Shown here one piece after another: positions 16,606-34,624 of a stretch of 64,000 nucleotides of DNA (position 1 is the first letter of the stretch; each line of letters opens with the position of its first letter). The DNA comes from the human T2T-CHM13v2.0 reference genome, Homo sapiens: assembly GCF_009914755.1 (NCBI RefSeq), contig NC_060947.1; one strand, given 5' to 3'. The translations under genes were made by a program, and so were the position numbers. The notes beneath the pieces are model-generated. The model ran no database searches, was not told the DNA's origin, and saw nothing but the letters and a program-made list of their open reading frames with translations.

Positions 16606-17428
16606 TTGTAATAGAAAAGGCACATGACTGAAGTGGAAGTTGGATAGACTTTCATCTGTCAACAGTTGGCTGTGCGCACTTAGACAAGTAACTTCAACCC
16701 CTGTGGACCTCAGGTTCATTCTAGTTAGTGGGTTCAGTTTCTTCTCAAGTACTTTTCAGCTGGCATGTTGCTTCTTCTACTCAGTCTGGCAGTGCTGGCC
16801 AGGCTGCTGGTGCACCTCCTGGCCACACGAGGGAGCCGTGCAGCTGGCAGCCTCTGACTCTCCACTGAACACTCTTGTGAGGTGAAAATAGGCTGGTCAG
16901 GCAGGGGTCTTTCCCTTCTTCCTGTGCTGCTCCTCTTGGTGAGTGCAAGCCCCACTCCTCAACGGTCATCTTCAGCTACCCTCACTCACTGATCTCGCTG
17001 CAGGTGAGCCTTTTTTTAAGCAAAGCAAATCCATTAATTTCTGAAGGTACAGAACAAATTTATAAAAGGATTCCCACATTGCTTTGAAAATATCCTGTTC
17101 TCCCCAAGCAATTAAAATAGTACCAAATTGAAGTATATGTATGTATATATATGTATGTACACATGTAAATGTATGTATATATGTGTGTATATGCATCAAT
17201 ATAGATCCATATCTAGTCTATATCAGTAAGCACACTAACAATACTATTCTCCTGCCCCTATGAAAATTATCTATATAAAAGGCAGTTATGTTTGTTAGAG
17301 GTACAATTTTGATATCCTTCAGGCATTAACATTGCTTAGACGAAAAGAGGAATCAAGGTTAGCAAACGGTTTTTTTCCATGGTAATATGATGTAAAGTGC
17401 TTAAATGGGTAAATGTGTAAGAGAGAGA

Positions 17429-17464
17429 ATGTGTGTGCGTGTGTGTGTGTTTGTGTGTGTGTGT
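17429..17464. repeat. (TG)n microsatellite
   Basis: Direct reading. Confidence 0.9.
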
Positions 17465-17819
17465 TTACATATACTCAGGTGAACAGGTTGGCTAAATATT
17501 TTCGGAATGGAATTTATCCAGACACTCTGTGCATTAATCTCTATTTTTCTTGGACCAGACAGGGCAAAAAATCTGAATTCCCCAGAAGAGATAGACTAGA
17601 ATTGATGTTACAAAATGATCTAGCTATGCCCTAAACTTTAATAAATGTATTTTAATCCAGCTCAAAAATGAAAGGCAAATGTTTATCTGAAGTATAACAA
17701 TAGCGACTTTTTAAAAAGAACTCCTCCCCCACCCTAAAATATTCTAAATAATGCTTTAAAAACTTAGCTTTGAGTCACTCTTTTATTTTTGGTCTTATTG
17801 CAGTTTTCTTCCATTTTGA

Positions 17820-18005
<186 letters not shown>

Positions 18006-18110
18006 TAGTTTATTTGGAATTGGGCACTAAGACAGTGTTCAACTGGACCCCCAGCCACGGCACTGTGGTAGGGCACATTACTCCCTCAAACCATCTATTT
18101 CTCCTGTCTT

Positions 18111-18758
<648 letters not shown>

Positions 18759-20025
18759 TAGCCACTGTCCCCCTCTCCATAAAGTCCTTCAGGAAAATGA
18801 GGCAACATGCAGCTTTTTATGCAGTGTAAGTAGGGAAATTAATTTGTGTTGGAAACGAAAGTATTAAATAGATGATAAACTTGGATCCTGGTTCTAATGT
18901 CATCGTGGCACCTGATACACTGTAATCTTGAGTAAATCTTTTGTCCCCTCTAGGATTGGACTAGGTAAGCCCTGATGTTCCCTTATCATCAGTGTTTATT
19001 CTGTGGCTTGAAGATAACAGCTCCAAAGGCCCCAGAAGAACCTCACAGAACTTCAGTGTGATCCTTGTCCAACCCATCAGGAGCCACTGTACCTGGAAGC
19101 CCTAGAGCTTTTGCAGACCGCAGCCCTCTAGGACTTCCAGGTTCTCTAAAACTAATCACACAAACTCCCACCTTTGTTTTTCAAGTGAACCTGAAGGAAT
19201 TTCCTACAGATAAAGAAGACCTGAGAATCTATCTTGTTTTCCCTCCCTCAGGGACTTATCTGCCACATTTTACAATCGGTGTTAATGTTCCTTGACCCCT
19301 GTCATTCCTGAGGAGAGGTTGGAGATGCAAGGCTATCTCTAGGTGACTACAGGTCAAGAGAAGTCACATGTTGAGCTTTACCATCACCCCAGTATTTAAA
19401 TTAAGGGAATGGAGTGAAATCATCATCACTGGTAGCCCTGAGGGTATGCGTTGGGATTGGGAGGAGGGTCAATGTCATACCTTTCCCTGGATAAAGTTGT
19501 AGGATTTGCAGGCCTGATTGTAGGTGAGAAGTCCTTGATCCTTATACTGAAATAATACATCTGTGTTGTTGTAGCACTGGAAAATTCAGATTAAGTGGAA
19601 AGAAGAAAAATCTACCCATATGCTCAGTACCTAGAGAAAACCACTGTTAGTTAACATTTTAGTATGTGCCTTTTCTGGCTTTTTGTTTTAGTATCAGCAG
19701 AGGAGTCACCTACTTTTTAGACTGACTACCTCCTCAGTCAATGCTTATCCCCCACAACTGGGACTGGGAAATGCAGTTGATTTTCCCATAGCCAGGCAAT
19801 GGCAGTGACAGTGGCAGATAAGGCATCCTGGAGACAGATGCTATAGAGTTCAGGACTTGGGGTCTAGAAGATATTCTCATCTATCTCTGTTTATTCACAT
19901 AGGGTCACACTTGCACCATTTTACATAGAATTAAATATTCCAATCATTTTCACTGCAGAATAGAGACACAGCCCATACTGAGAAAGGAACAAAATTGTTT
20001 GAAGCCAACAGTTTTATACTCAGGC

Positions 20026-20039
20026 GCTCCCCCTGCTGG
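20026..20039 (-). promoter_or_regulatory. Candidate CTCF site
   Basis: Reverse complement CCAGCAGGGGGAGC, one mismatch to the core CCASYAGRKGGCRS. Confidence 0.55.
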
Positions 20040-20844
20040 GACTGTAGGGGTAGTTTCCATAGCAAGCAATTCTCTGCAGATGTTTTAACATCAGTTGTTT
20101 GATTCACACCGTTAAATACCCACTACCTAAACATCCCTGGGTATGCATCGGACAGGGGTGTTTGGGAGGAGAGTAACAGTGACAATTGAGCCTGAGTCCA
20201 GTTCTTGAAATCATGACTTTTAATCTCAGTGATACCTAGATGGTATATTAGAAAGGCAAATAGACAAATCAATATTTAGCTGTTTGTGTTTTTTTAAACT
20301 AAAATTAAAAGAGAAAAAATAGGTATATTTGGCAATATCCAGAAGCCAAGCATTGGGTTAGGCTGGGAGTGGGACAGGGCAGGAAAGGTTCAGTGATTGA
20401 AAATTGCTTTTTAGTTCCCTGAAACTTTTGGCCACTAACTTTGAGCATATCCCAGATGGAGACAATTTCTGTGAGCTTGTAAATACAATCATCAGAAAAT
20501 GGAAAGGGAAGAATTCCCCCCACCCTACTTTTTGGACAAGAACATGATCTTGATTTCAGTGTTTCAGAAAAACTGTGAGAGTTTTAAAACTTCAATGCAG
20601 GTTTTACCCCCTTGTTAAAAATTTTTTTCTAATTATAAAGATAATCAATTGCATGTGTGTTTTTTTAAATGAAACTAACATCCAGAAAATACATATATTA
20701 TGATGGTAACAGCTGCTAATTTGTGGGTCCAGATTACTCCAATATGTGGGTCATTTGACTTGTTCACTGATTACATCAGAAGTGTTTTGCTGATTGCTAC
20801 GTATTACCTAATTGCATATTGTCTAATTGCCTCCCCCCATGTAG

Positions 20845-21184
<340 letters not shown>

Positions 21185-21329
21185 AAGAAGCATAAGCGAA
21201 ACCAGTGATGAGGGTACGCCCTGCCCCCAGTAACAGGGTATTGTTGGCAAGAGTAAATTGGAGTAGCATAAACAGGGGAACTTAACGAAATGTCCAAAAG
21301 ATTGTTTTCAGATACATAAGGAGTTGCTA

Positions 21330-21868
<539 letters not shown>

Positions 21869-22550
21869 TCAAGCGCTTTCTCTGCCGTGCACAGGTAATG
21901 TGAGAGGTGAAGGGGAGGGGCAGAGGTGTCATTGAGGCTCTCAGCACTCTGCCTGGCTGTAAGAACAGCTCCCTTAGCAGAAAAAGCAGGAGGCAATCAC
22001 TAATTTCTGCCTCTCTTGCTTCTGCCCTCTCCTCCCTCCATCCGCAGTAGAATCCTAACAGCATTCCAGAGGCAAGGTTCCTGACAGCAAAAATGGTTCT
22101 GGTTTCATGCCCACTGTGTAGAGAACATTCGTAAACTCTGCCAGTGGCTTGTTTGAATGCACTCCTCACTTAGACTAATGCTTTTCTCAGAAACTAGAAA
22201 TCGTTTTTTTTTTCTCATTAATTTACATTGGAACTACTCGGGGGATCTTTATCTTTATTTCTGATCTGTAAATTAGCATTGAGCCTCTCTGAGCCCTCAT
22301 CTCAAATCTCATTTAAGGTCTTATTAACAAATACTGAGATGTATTAGGGCTTTCTATGTAAATGAATCCTGAACTTGATCCTTTTGAGATTTGGGCAGTT
22401 GGTCTTATATTTCTTGATAGGTTTAGGTTCAGATGTTCCTGTGTTGGATTTACTAGACAAATAAGACAAGGATCCCAGAAGAGCTGGCTCTGTTTTGGTT
22501 CCCCAACGGGTTGTGTGTGTGAATCTCTGGGGGTACTTATTGAAAGGCAG

Positions 22551-22890
<340 letters not shown>

Positions 22891-23465
22891 TCAGTATCTC
22901 TGGTAATGTGGTGTCCAAGTCATCTTGATTGAAGAGCCCCTGTTGATTCTGATGCAAAGAAGCATTTGAGCATCACTGGGCTGGATTATTCTTGCCTATC
23001 TCTTGGTCCTTCCTCCTTTCAGCTGTGCCTCCTTTGCAGACTCTTTGGGGTCCTTGCAAATTTGAGATGCCCTAGGGACCTTACAGAGAATTTCCCACCA
23101 CCCTTCTGGAGAGCTGAGTCCACTTCTATCATCAGCAACCTTCCCCATGCAGCCTGAAAAACACCTGAAAAGATTGTTTTGAGTGGAGAGCATGAAAGTA
23201 AGAAAAAATATGAATTATAGCTATCATCCACAATATTAAGATACTAGAGAACTTCTTCAGCCAAATTAAAATGTGTAGAATGCCAATTTTAATTTCTTAG
23301 ACCTTAGGCTAACCTCTGCATCAGATCATGGGACTCAGCCCACACTATCAATTGCATTTCAATATTTTTCTATTAGCCATCAAAACTTGATGTATCTTTG
23401 GCAAGTGACACTGTCAAAAAACAAACTTGGTGTCTCTGCCTTCCCCCAGGGGTATCACATGCTAA

Positions 23466-23693
<228 letters not shown>

Positions 23694-23909
23694 TAAGTGA
23701 GGAGCCATGCGAGCAAAGGGAGGTTGTGTAATGAGGGATTTCTGTTTTACTTTGGGGTACTCCCAGGAGACAGGGAGGCCTAGCTCATGAGGTTTAGCCA
23801 ACTGAAGAATATGAGCATTTGTAAGGATCATTGTCCCTTTGGTGGTTAGTTTACCATGTGAGAGGCTGTCTATTTAAAGAACCCTAGAATTAATATTTGG
23901 TTAAACAGG

Positions 23910-24560
23910 TGGTATATGTTATAAAACTTGTAAGAATGTGGGCCTTGGAGTCAAACTGCCTGCTTTCATTATCTAGTTGCAGCCTTGGAGCAAGTTTGAG
24001 TTTGAGCAAGCTATTTAACCTTTCTGTATCCCAGTTTCCTTATTTGTAAAGTGGGTACAATAATAGTACCTACCTCATTGGGTTTGCTTGGAAGATTGGT
24101 GAGTTAATAATGTACATAAAATGCTGAGCACAGTTCCTGGCTTCCTTAGTCCATTTTGTGCTACTATAACAGAATGCCACAGACTAATAATTTATGAACA
24201 ATCAAAATTTATTTCTCATGGTTCTGGAGGCTGGGAAGTCCTAGGTCAAGGTGCTGGCATCTGGCAAGGGCCTTCTTCCTTTATCATAACATAGTGGAAG
24301 GGCATAGCAGAAGGGCAACAGAGAGAGAGAGAAAGAAGGGGGTCAAACTTGCCCTTTTATATTAATAACAACCCTACTCTACTTTCACCATATCAGCATT
24401 AATGCATTCATGAGGGTGGAGGCCTAATCACCTCTTAAATGTCCCACCTCTTAATAATGTTACAATAGCAATTAAATTTCAAAATGGGTTGTAGAGGAGG
24501 CAAACATTCAAACCATAGCACTGGCACAGCACATAGTATGTGCTCAATAAATGGTAGCAG
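23910..24560 (+). mobile_element. MIR split by a MaLR LTR
   Basis: ggagtcaaactgcctg...cagtttccttatttgtaaagtggg...; resumes cacatagtatgtgctcaataaatggtagc. Confidence 0.8.
24142..24520 (-). mobile_element. ERVL-MaLR solo LTR (MSTD/MLT1A-like)
   Basis: ttagtccattttgtgctactataacagaatgccacagact...acattcaaaccatagca; 5-bp TSD CTGGC 24137-24141/24521-24525. Confidence 0.88.
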
Positions 24561-24662
24561 TTACATGAATACATTACGAATTTTTTTTCTTCACACAGGC
24601 ACTGCCTGTTGTGTAATTGAAGCTGTAACCCAGGGACAGGAAAATAGGCAGAAGTCCCTTGA

Positions 24663-24965
<303 letters not shown>

Positions 24966-25916
24966 TAACTTGATACACAAAGATAGTTGTGAAAGGATTT
25001 CTCAGAACCCTTGAGGGCCTTGGGATTTCACACCAAATTGCTGCAGCAACATTGAATGCTGCTGGATTGCTGTCCAGTTGCACTATGGCAGTGAGGGCGC
25101 CTACTGTCCTGGCTCTGCTTAGCTGCTGAGTTGCATTCATGCATAGGAAATGTTATCCTAGATCAACCCTGGGGCTCATTCAGCTTGGGAGTTAAGTCTC
25201 TGCCAAAGATTGCAAGGAATGGATCTGGGGTGGGTCTATACATATATATTTTATCTATCGATTTATGTATATTTTAAACTTTTTTCTTTTGAGACAATTA
25301 TAGATCCACACATGCATTTGTATTTTAAAGTACGTAACCTGGCTAAGAGCCCTTCCCAATAATCCATCATCCCATAAGGCAGAAAGATGACACATCTAGT
25401 TAATCCTTGGTTTTCTGAGGTAATGGGTGGAAGAAGAGGTAAATAATCCTATATTCATTTATATTTACATTTGTTACATAGTAGATTAATAAATATCTGA
25501 TGACTGAGTAAATGTGTTTGACCAAGATAGTTACATGCTGAGACTGACATACTCCTGTGTCTTTTCCAGCAAGTAATGAGAAAACAGATGTAAAAATGAA
25601 AAGGGCAAAGGCATGGACCAGCATAACCTGGTTTAACCACATGCCTCCACTCAGGCCGGTTTGAATCTCTGGTTTTCTGCATGTTTTGCTGTTTCAGCTA
25701 ATCTACCCAGCTGAACCTTTCTCCTTCCTCCATGGTCAGCAGTATCTACACACTGTCCAGCACTTGACTAAGGGGCATTTCACATCAAGCAAAGGAGAAA
25801 GCTGAATGGGTGAGCCTTCCCATAGGAAGGCAGGATGGATGCTCAAAGCGAATCAGGTGTCAAAAGTGACTCTGGGAATGATGGAGAGGGTACAGAATGT
25901 TTCACTTCCACTTTGA

Positions 25917-26078
<162 letters not shown>

Positions 26079-27813
26079 TAGAAAAATGTCTATTTTTAAA
26101 CGGGTTGTCCCACTAGAAGAGAGTGCCTAGTGTTTGTGATTAGATGGGTATGTGGCTGCCATTCAGCACATCGAATGCAGAGAGGAAGATGGATTTAATT
26201 TGGTGTTGTTTGGCTGCACAGTGAGCGTCATGAGTAAGACCAAAAAGATCCCAAGTTAGAATCGGGGTAACTAAAGTAAAGCAGTAGGAACTTGGATCCA
26301 AGGCAGGTTTTGAGAACTAAGTAAGATAAGAGAATGGGAACATAGATATCACCAACAGAAGAACCTTCCATGGGAGTCCAGATTCACACCATGGTAGTGT
26401 TAGGGTGACAAGTTACATGCAAAGGCCAGGACTTAAGAGAAGGGTATCCTGGGAGCTGAGACCAAAAGCTGCTGCTTTCAGGTAACTTCATAACCCTCTC
26501 CCTCATTGCTTTGGGAACTAGGGGATAGGGCCAGCTACCCTTATAAGATTACAACTGCAAGACCACAAAAACTTTTCGTGCCTCGGTCTATCTATGCTTC
26601 GCCCTGCAAGTCTAGACCCTTGCTATTGTCCTCACCAGGGCTGAACAGCTCTGTTCATCATTAAATACTGTTAGTTGAGTTATACTAGACAGTAGTTTGT
26701 TAGGTTCTACTGATCAGTGTTCTTCCTGGGGGATAGGCCTATTTGAAAGATCAAGCTGCAGATCAGAAGCTCCCTAGGAGAGTGGAGATGGTTAAGTTTC
26801 ACTAAGCTTTGCTTGCCTGGAATAAATCAGGGAATACTGTCTTTCTAGGATAAGGCTGGAGATATCCTAACCACATATTTCCTCACCACCATCTCTTCCT
26901 ATGCTCCAAGCTGGCTCTCCTACATTGATTCTTTACTTATGCTCATCCCCAACTCTGTCACAAAAGAAAAAATCTCAATATGCATATTCTGACCAAAAGT
27001 CTGGTCCTGCTTACCTCACTAGCAGTATGACCTTGGGAAGATTCCTTTCCCTTTCTCAACTTTTGTCCCATCTCTGACATGAGGAGGGTTCTAAAGCCCC
27101 CTCTTCCTCTTGCATTCTGAGGTTCTAAGACACCAGTCTGTTCCCTAAATGAAATGTCTTGCTTTCCTCAGACCACAAAGGTGGCTTCTTTCCCCCCCCA
27201 TGCAAAGGCATCATGAGTTTTCAAGGGAGAAAGGCCAGTTAGTGCTTCCTGTGACCCAGCTCCTGGCTCTGGGCCACGATGAGTCAGGACTGCAGCATAT
27301 ACCTCTGAGCAAACTCACGATCAAGCTTAATGTTCCCCTTCACCTTCCGGGAAGCGTTCTCCCTTAGGCAAAAGATACAGATCAGCAATGGTAACGGGAA
27401 AACACAGATGCTACAGTGTGATTCATAAAGGCTAATGACAGAGAAAGTTGAAATCTTGGGTTTCACTTCCTTTTTTCTTAGTTCTGTTATTATGTTGCTT
27501 TGGCAGCAGCAGCACCAGCAAAAAAGAAAAACCCATACCCATCCCAGTTTGCTCCAGTCAATGCTGCATCCCCAGTGGTCCCACAAATAAGCATGTTCTG
27601 TCAGGAGGATGTTTCTTAGAAACTGCCACAAGTGTTAATACCAGCTTAAATATCTTTGTTGGTGATCCTTGGAAAGAAAGTTCAGAACATCAGTCTAATA
27701 TTCAGAACTGATCATAGGAGGGAGAGCATATTGCCAGCTTCAGGGAGGGACAAAAAAGAATGCAAATGAAGTTAGAGGCACAAAGAAGCAAAGAAGGCAG
27801 TGAGATTTGGTGA

Positions 27814-28367
<554 letters not shown>

Positions 28368-28701
28368 CTGGGGCAGAATATATTTCTAATGTGAATGTTT
28401 TCTAATTGGAATTTTTGCAAAGTGAGGTTGTGATTCTTTGGGACTGTAAATCATAGCCTTTGGTTTCAGGGGAGAAGAGAGCTATGGCCCTGTATAGTGA
28501 CATGGTATACATGGACTATTGCCTTCAGCCACATCAAGGAAATGAGGGGACTTAAAAGACATGCAAAGGTCAAGGGGTCATGGGAATCGAAGGCCTGAAT
28601 GTTAAATGCATCAGTCCAAAGGACCTCAACAGAATATTAGAAGTGGAAGAGACTACATAGTAGATACCAGCTTGTAAAATCACATTGGCTAGGAGGCATG
28701 G

Positions 28702-29153
28702 TGTATCTGTTAGGATACTGGTTGGTTTGCTTTAACAAGAAACAAAAATGACTGGAGCTTAAACAAGATGGAGGGGCTAAGTCTTGGACAGTTAGGGCAG
28801 CTCTATTCCACAAGAGCATTCAGGCACCCAGGCTCCTTCATCACAAAACTCTACCATCCTTAAAATGTCTCCCTCATCCTCTTGATTGAGAAAGGCTGAT
28901 CCTCACCACGTCCATGTTCTAGCTAGGGGAAAGGGAGAGAAAGAGGAAGGCAGAGGGCATATGCTTCTTTCCCAGAGCATGACCAAGAGGTTACACATAT
29001 CACTTCCCTTTACATCTCATTAGCCAGAACTTTGTCTCATGGCCTCACCTAGCTGCAAGGGAAGCTGAGAAATGCAGTCTTTTTTCTGGGTGGCTATATG
29101 CCCTGCTAAAATAAGGGGGAAAATAGATATAGGGTCAATTAGCAATCTGCCAC
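28702..29153 (-). mobile_element. Old ERVL-MaLR LTR (MLT1K/J-like)
   Basis: catatcacttcc...cattagccagaact...acctagctgcaagggaagctgagaaatgcagtc...ctgccaca. Confidence 0.75.
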
Positions 29154-29233
29154 ATGGAGTTGTTCTACCTGGGGTCTTTACCTTGAGCATTTGGAACTCT
29201 GCAGACTGATGTTCTTGGATGGGAATAGGATGA

Positions 29234-29413
<180 letters not shown>

Positions 29414-29687
29414 TGAGTGGATTGCCGAAGAGGAGCTCCCACCTTCCCCACTGCCGTCGGGGGGAGTCTTCTTGTAAATATATCTAATTGCAATAATATC
29501 TTAACAGAAGGGGGTGTCAAACAGAGGCATCAGCCTGCTGTTGATCACAGAGAGAAATTGAGTAGAAAGACCAAAAGAATGTGACCTATTTGAAACTTTC
29601 TGTCTTAAGATGCTTCTTGACATGCTGCATAACTACATAAACAGCAGAGGTGTTTAAGAGCCCAGAAAAACATAATTTGATTTTAAC

Positions 29688-29693
29688 ATTAAA
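29688..29693 (+). terminator. Proximal poly(A) signal ATTAAA
   Basis: ATTAAA followed ~20 nt later by GU/U-rich gtggttttgcttt. Confidence 0.6.
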
Positions 29694-30575
29694 ATTTCCA
29701 AAAGTTTAAAGTGGTTTTGCTTTAATATTCTTTCTTTCATAGATCAATGACTGTGTGGTTGAAATGTGAAAACAAAGATACTAATAATGTTGCTGTATAA
29801 TTTCACTGACTTGAGGTCTCATTCCAAATGGTTCAGGTTTTATAGAGCATTGTGTAAAATAATGTTCATACTTCTTTCTGTTTTAATAATTTATTTTTTG
29901 CACTACTGTATCCTTTTTTCTACATGTATGTTTGTAACTATTTAAGCGTACATTGCTGAAAAGTCCATTGCTTTATTTATTGATGTGGTTTACCATGTAC
30001 CTAGGGGGAAATAACAATACTAGAAGTGTGCAGTTTTTGCTTTTATCTTTTTTTTACTACAATGACACTAGTTCTTAGACCATTTCCGTATCTATCCAAA
30101 TGGATGCTTAAAAGAAGTTCAGAATGATGCTAAGATCATCTGTCTTCAGAGTCCACTTTTTTTTTTCAGTTTGAACTAAACAATATAAAATACTTAAGGG
30201 ATTTGGCCTAGATTATGGTATATGCCAAGGTAAAGTAAAATAATTCATTTTCTGTGTGTAATACAGAACAAAGCTGAAAGAATTATTTTTATTATAGGCA
30301 TTTACTTCAGCAATCTAATTGTACGTGTATCTAATTTTTCCCCAGTGCAGTTAGGAATCGGATTTTGGGCAGGATCATAATTAACTCTTCAGAGGAAATG
30401 GTGTTCAGTTTAGCACATCACAGTCATGCCCAACTAGCCTCCATAACCCACCTCTCCCCGGGGTTCTGAGGATCAAGACCTGGACAGAAACACTTGATAA
30501 GGACTTTTTATTATTAAAATGTAAATAAGACAAATAGAGTAGAACCCTATAAAAATCTTTTTAAAGGAACCAGAT

Positions 30576-30931
<356 letters not shown>

Positions 30932-31609
30932 CTAGTTGCATGGGTGAAATATTTCAATGTATGGGGAGAATATAGGGTGAGGAGTAAGAGTAAGCCCTGA
31001 TTTAGCTTGCTTAGTGCTAGTTTGAGTCCTTCAGTGGCAGGACAGCCTGTAAAGTACCACAAGTATGGGAGTGTTATAATGGCAGAGTGAAACGATTAGA
31101 GCAGGGAGGAAGTGAATTGTGCCATTAGTACCTTCATGCAAATTATACCATGTGATTTTGGACAGTGAATGATTTTTGCATCATTCATTCACAGCCCATC
31201 ACTCTGTTAAGGTGAGAGTGTAATTCTTACTTCTCCCATCACCACCTGTAGCTAGAAACAGGAAAGGGAGAATGAGATGATCCAGACAACATAAAAAAGA
31301 TGCATGTAAGCAGAAACCAGATGGTCTTTTCTGCACTCACTTAATGGACATTATGTTGCCAGAGTGTTGTGTTTATCAGATTTGATGTTTGGAGCTAGTC
31401 TGGGCAGGTGAAGAACAGAAATAGGCGGAAGTATAGGCATTATTTCTGCGCAAGCAAACTCCACAAAGCTCAGGGAGCAGAAAAGACTCCCCCTCCCACC
31501 TGGTTCCCAGACCATGTGGTCATAACACAATCCTAATAGTTTCTGGTTATCTAGTGTAAATGCAACAAAGAAAAAGGCCCTAAGCGTCTCTACTTATTAG
31601 ATATATTAT

Positions 31610-31780
31610 TTTTGGCAATTGATTTAACTTTTGCCAACCCTCAGTTTTCTAATCTATGAAATGATAGTGATAAGTTCTGCATATAGGGTTGTTACGAAAA
31701 TTAAATGAGATAATGTGTAAATCAATTAGCACAGTGTCTCACACCTAGAATGCACTCAAGAAATAATAGCTACTATTAGA
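31610..31780 (+). mobile_element. MIR
   Basis: ctcagttttctaatctatgaaatg...atagggttgttacgaaaattaaatgagataatgtgtaaa. Confidence 0.8.
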
Positions 31781-32042
31781 TTAGTCATAGTTATAGAATA
31801 TCATCAAGGGCCTACATTTGTATAAAACACTGCCTTTACACACAATATCCACTTGAAACCCCTTTAAACTTAGTTGGGGGAATACATACCACTGATTTTT
31901 GGACCCATAATTTGATGATTTACAGATAATTCTTTTGGGAATTAAATGTGTGTGAAAGTGAAATAACTGGAGAACAAATGAGGGTCAGAGATAGGGATCA
32001 ATCCTATACCAGAAATTTTTTTCCTGCTTCAATAAGGGCTAG

Positions 32043-32645
<603 letters not shown>

Positions 32646-32699
32646 TGATAGTATTTCTTTATGTTGCCCAAAGTAACAGATTCAACAAAAAATGTACTG

Positions 32700-32890
32700 A
32701 GATCCCCATGTACCAGGTACTGAGCCAAGTGATCTCACATACCTGAGCTCATTACATCATTTATTTCTCATACCAACCCTGCGAGAGCAGTTATTATCCC
32801 CATATTATGAATGAGAAAACTGAGCCTCCACTATGTTAAATATTTTGTCTAGTTGCAAGGCAGGATGCAAGGCTAAGCTTTGGCTTTCTT
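32700..32890 (-). mobile_element. MIR
   Basis: ttattatccccatattatgaatgagaaaactgagc. Confidence 0.7.
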
Positions 32891-33112
32891 TGGGATGTAC
32901 CTTAACGAGGTAATCAATTGGTCTTGAACATTTTTACACTGGGAAATTGGTTTTGCTGCACAGCTTGGGAATGAAGGGTATACAGAAGAAAGACATAAGG
33001 CTAAATCTAGGCCAGAAAAATAAGACTTCCCCCACAGTAGATAGTGCCACTTATTTAGTTAGTTTTTCTGTCTATCATGACTGACCCAGTCTTTGCCTAG
33101 TAGGTTATATTT

Positions 33113-33166
33113 TGTATGTATGTATGTATGTATGTATGTCTTTGTGTGTGTATGTGTGTGTGTGTA

Positions 33167-33212
<46 letters not shown>
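33113..33212. repeat. Compound (TATG)n(TG)n(TA)n microsatellite
   Basis: Direct reading. Confidence 0.95.
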
Positions 33213-33215
<3 letters not shown>

Positions 33216-34618
33216 TAGGTAGCAAGCAGACATCATATCTTTCTGCTTTGTACTGTACTACTGCTGCTAGCAAATAACCAGCAAAATGTAGAAAATGAAA
33301 AACCAATTTTCTGTAGACAACCTGGAGAAAAGAGTGCCTGCCCCTGACTTAGCGGGGCAGAGAATGACAATTTTTAAAGTTTGCCTTTTCTGAAGGTTGC
33401 TTTTAGCCCAGTGCTGCCTCAGCAGCAAGGGGCAAGCAGAGTCATTGCGCATGTGGCGCTTCCAGCTCTACCTGTGGAGCTGGCCTGGGCTCAGATAATC
33501 CCCTGTGACTGGCCATTGGAGCGGCGGAGCTCCTGAGGCTAGTTCACAGCACCCAGAGGTCTCTTACAGTCAACAGATTGCATACTGTTGACAGACTGCA
33601 ATCCGTCTGTGTTCCCCACACCAACTCCATTTCCAAGATGGGAATTTTATTCAGGAACTCATTTTTGAGTTCCCAACATGTTGACTTCGCATCCATTTCT
33701 GCTCACCAAGGCAGAACCATAGCAGTGGTGTGTGACAAAGATGCAAATGGAGGGCAGCCCAAACAATGGAAAAGAGAAGATTTTCAGCCCATTCTTGGGG
33801 CTAAGTGAGGTTTTGATTTATGGTAGAAGACAGTTCTAAAAAGCAGCTGGCAGCATGGGCTTCAATTTGTGGCCCTTCTGAGTTCAAACAGAAGGAAGGA
33901 AAAGGAGCCACATAAAGTGTACACATTCAATTCATCTTAGAATGATAGCTCCCACCTTATTACACTGTACAACTATTTAATAATCTGGGTTACACACATC
34001 CAGAGGTGAAATAAAGAAATTTTCACTTACAAATGTGTATTTCCAAACATGCTAAGTTAACCTCCAGAGAGAAGTGCCTGTAATCTCTGTTCCTGGTGTC
34101 ACTTTAAAGCTTTTGCTTCATGACTGTAGCTGTTGTTTAAAATGTTTTTGCAGCAAACGCGATTTAACAGAAGTTTACAAAGCAACACTGTAGCTAATGC
34201 ATAATTTTAAAAGTTGACTAACATTTATCTATTGTTAAAGCAACACTAATAATGGAATAAAAGGAAAGCAAATAGGCCAATGTGGCACCATAGGCTTATT
34301 TTAGGTAAATTAGTTCCATCATCTTATGCAGTTGTAAGTAATGCCAGGATTAAAATATCAAGCAAGCCACGTAAACAGTGGCAAATGTGTGTGTGTTTTC
34401 CATTTGTTTGGTAAGCAGCCATTTTACTCTTGCACTGTAATGAACTGAAGGGAAATATAAGATAATGCTTTTTTCCCCCCATATTGCTATTCAACTACCT
34501 CTATATGCTTGATTTCTTTTTAGGATTCCCATCCTCCAAATCTGTACAAAAACGTTTCAGCTCATCTGTGTTGTAATAACAATGTGATACAGACAGTTTG
34601 TGTGAAAGTTGTTTGTTC

Positions 34619-34624
34619 ATTAAA
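34619..34624 (+). terminator. Distal poly(A) signal ATTAAA
   Basis: ATTAAA with upstream TGTA motifs and downstream ctttgtgtcc. Confidence 0.6.

Noticed and set aside
29433-29470. ctcccc...ggggag hairpin just after the stop codon (SECIS or read-through element?)
   Set aside because: Short stem, no SECIS quartet, and the stop is a tandem TAG TGA
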